From positions 1 to 64,000 of the forward strand of contig JAQGDQ010000862.1 of NCBI GenBank assembly GCA_030141605.1: DNA of 64,000 bases, written 5' to 3'. A program made the position numbers and the translations under genes. The DNA comes from Tubiluchus corallicola. Its lineage: Eukaryota > Animalia > Priapulida. The notes beneath the pieces were generated by a model. That model did not search any database and was not told the DNA's origin. It saw only the letters and a list, made by a program, of their open reading frames with translations. Of this stretch, positions 63,601-64,000 are shown in pieces (position 1 is the stretch's first letter; every line of letters begins with the position of its first letter).

Positions 63601-63812
63601 TTAAGGGCTGCCGGGGACTGGGGGCCGTTGTTTCAGTTGTGTTCGCCATGAGTTACTTGAGCAAAAAATACTTCAGTGACTTGCTAGGTCTATCCTGAAG
63701 GATTTGGTCCACAGCTCCTTATTTGAATATTCGGAGCACCCTGGCTCGTGAGCCAGGGGTCCCCCATCCGCCACCCGGGGGATGCGCCCGGTAGGGGTTT
63801 ACTCCCCCCCGA
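60646..63812 (-). mobile_element. Apparently full-length RTE-clade LINE (~3.17 kb)
   Basis: 13-bp TSD ACTTTTAATATTT at 60633-60645 and 63813-63825. Single APE-RT ORF, ~160-nt GC-rich 5' UTR, ~35-nt 3' UTR with an AG-rich end. Confidence 0.95.
60680..63649 (-). pseudogene. RTE ORF (APE endonuclease + RT) with two frameshifts
   Basis: ORF pieces 63446..63649 (IINISTM), 61654..63495 (GLSETR, QVYAP, GDFNGH, GKATGDD, QYGFRPGRST, FIDMEKAFD) and 60680..61699 (GVRQGDGLSP, YADD, YKYLG, LRWYGH, GKRPVGRPRKRW). Shifts near 63490 and 61660. Confidence 0.93.
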
Positions 63813-64000
63813 ACTTTTAATATTTAAAGAACATAATATTGGTCCAAATGTTCACTGTTTATTAGTGTTTTCATTATCTGTTATCCATTTTCAAGAATAG
63901 GTGTTTTAGCTGTGTTCTTGCAATCCAGCAAAATCTAGTTAACATGAGAGATGAATTTTTTCAGCAGCCACCCAACCATTTAGCTGCAAGGACATGTAGT

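Overview
AT-rich animal (invertebrate-like) nuclear DNA, almost entirely repetitive; no prokaryotic genes, rRNA, tRNA or CRISPR arrays were seen. The one host gene recognised is a Fringe-family O-fucose beta-1,3-GlcNAc-transferase on the minus strand. Three exons (55259-~55570, 54184-54232, 53204-53306) splice in frame through GT-AG introns. Its signal-anchor region looks disrupted, and its catalytic DDD exon was not found in the 53 kb downstream. Mobile elements with boundaries resolved by eye: a 5'-truncated LOA/R1-type LINE with RNase H (2620-6633, 8-bp TSD) nested in an older LINE, an apparently full-length RTE LINE (60646-63812, 13-bp TSD), two hAT-type MITEs with 8-bp TSDs and a solo LTR. 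There is also a decayed piggyBac transposase, a gypsy gag fragment and several old LINE remnants. The background is a patchwork of 0.2-1.3 kb non-coding modules repeated 2-10 times in both orientations, in a recurring cyclic order, with copy-specific VNTR expansions. Module boundaries are approximate and no database search or alignment was run.
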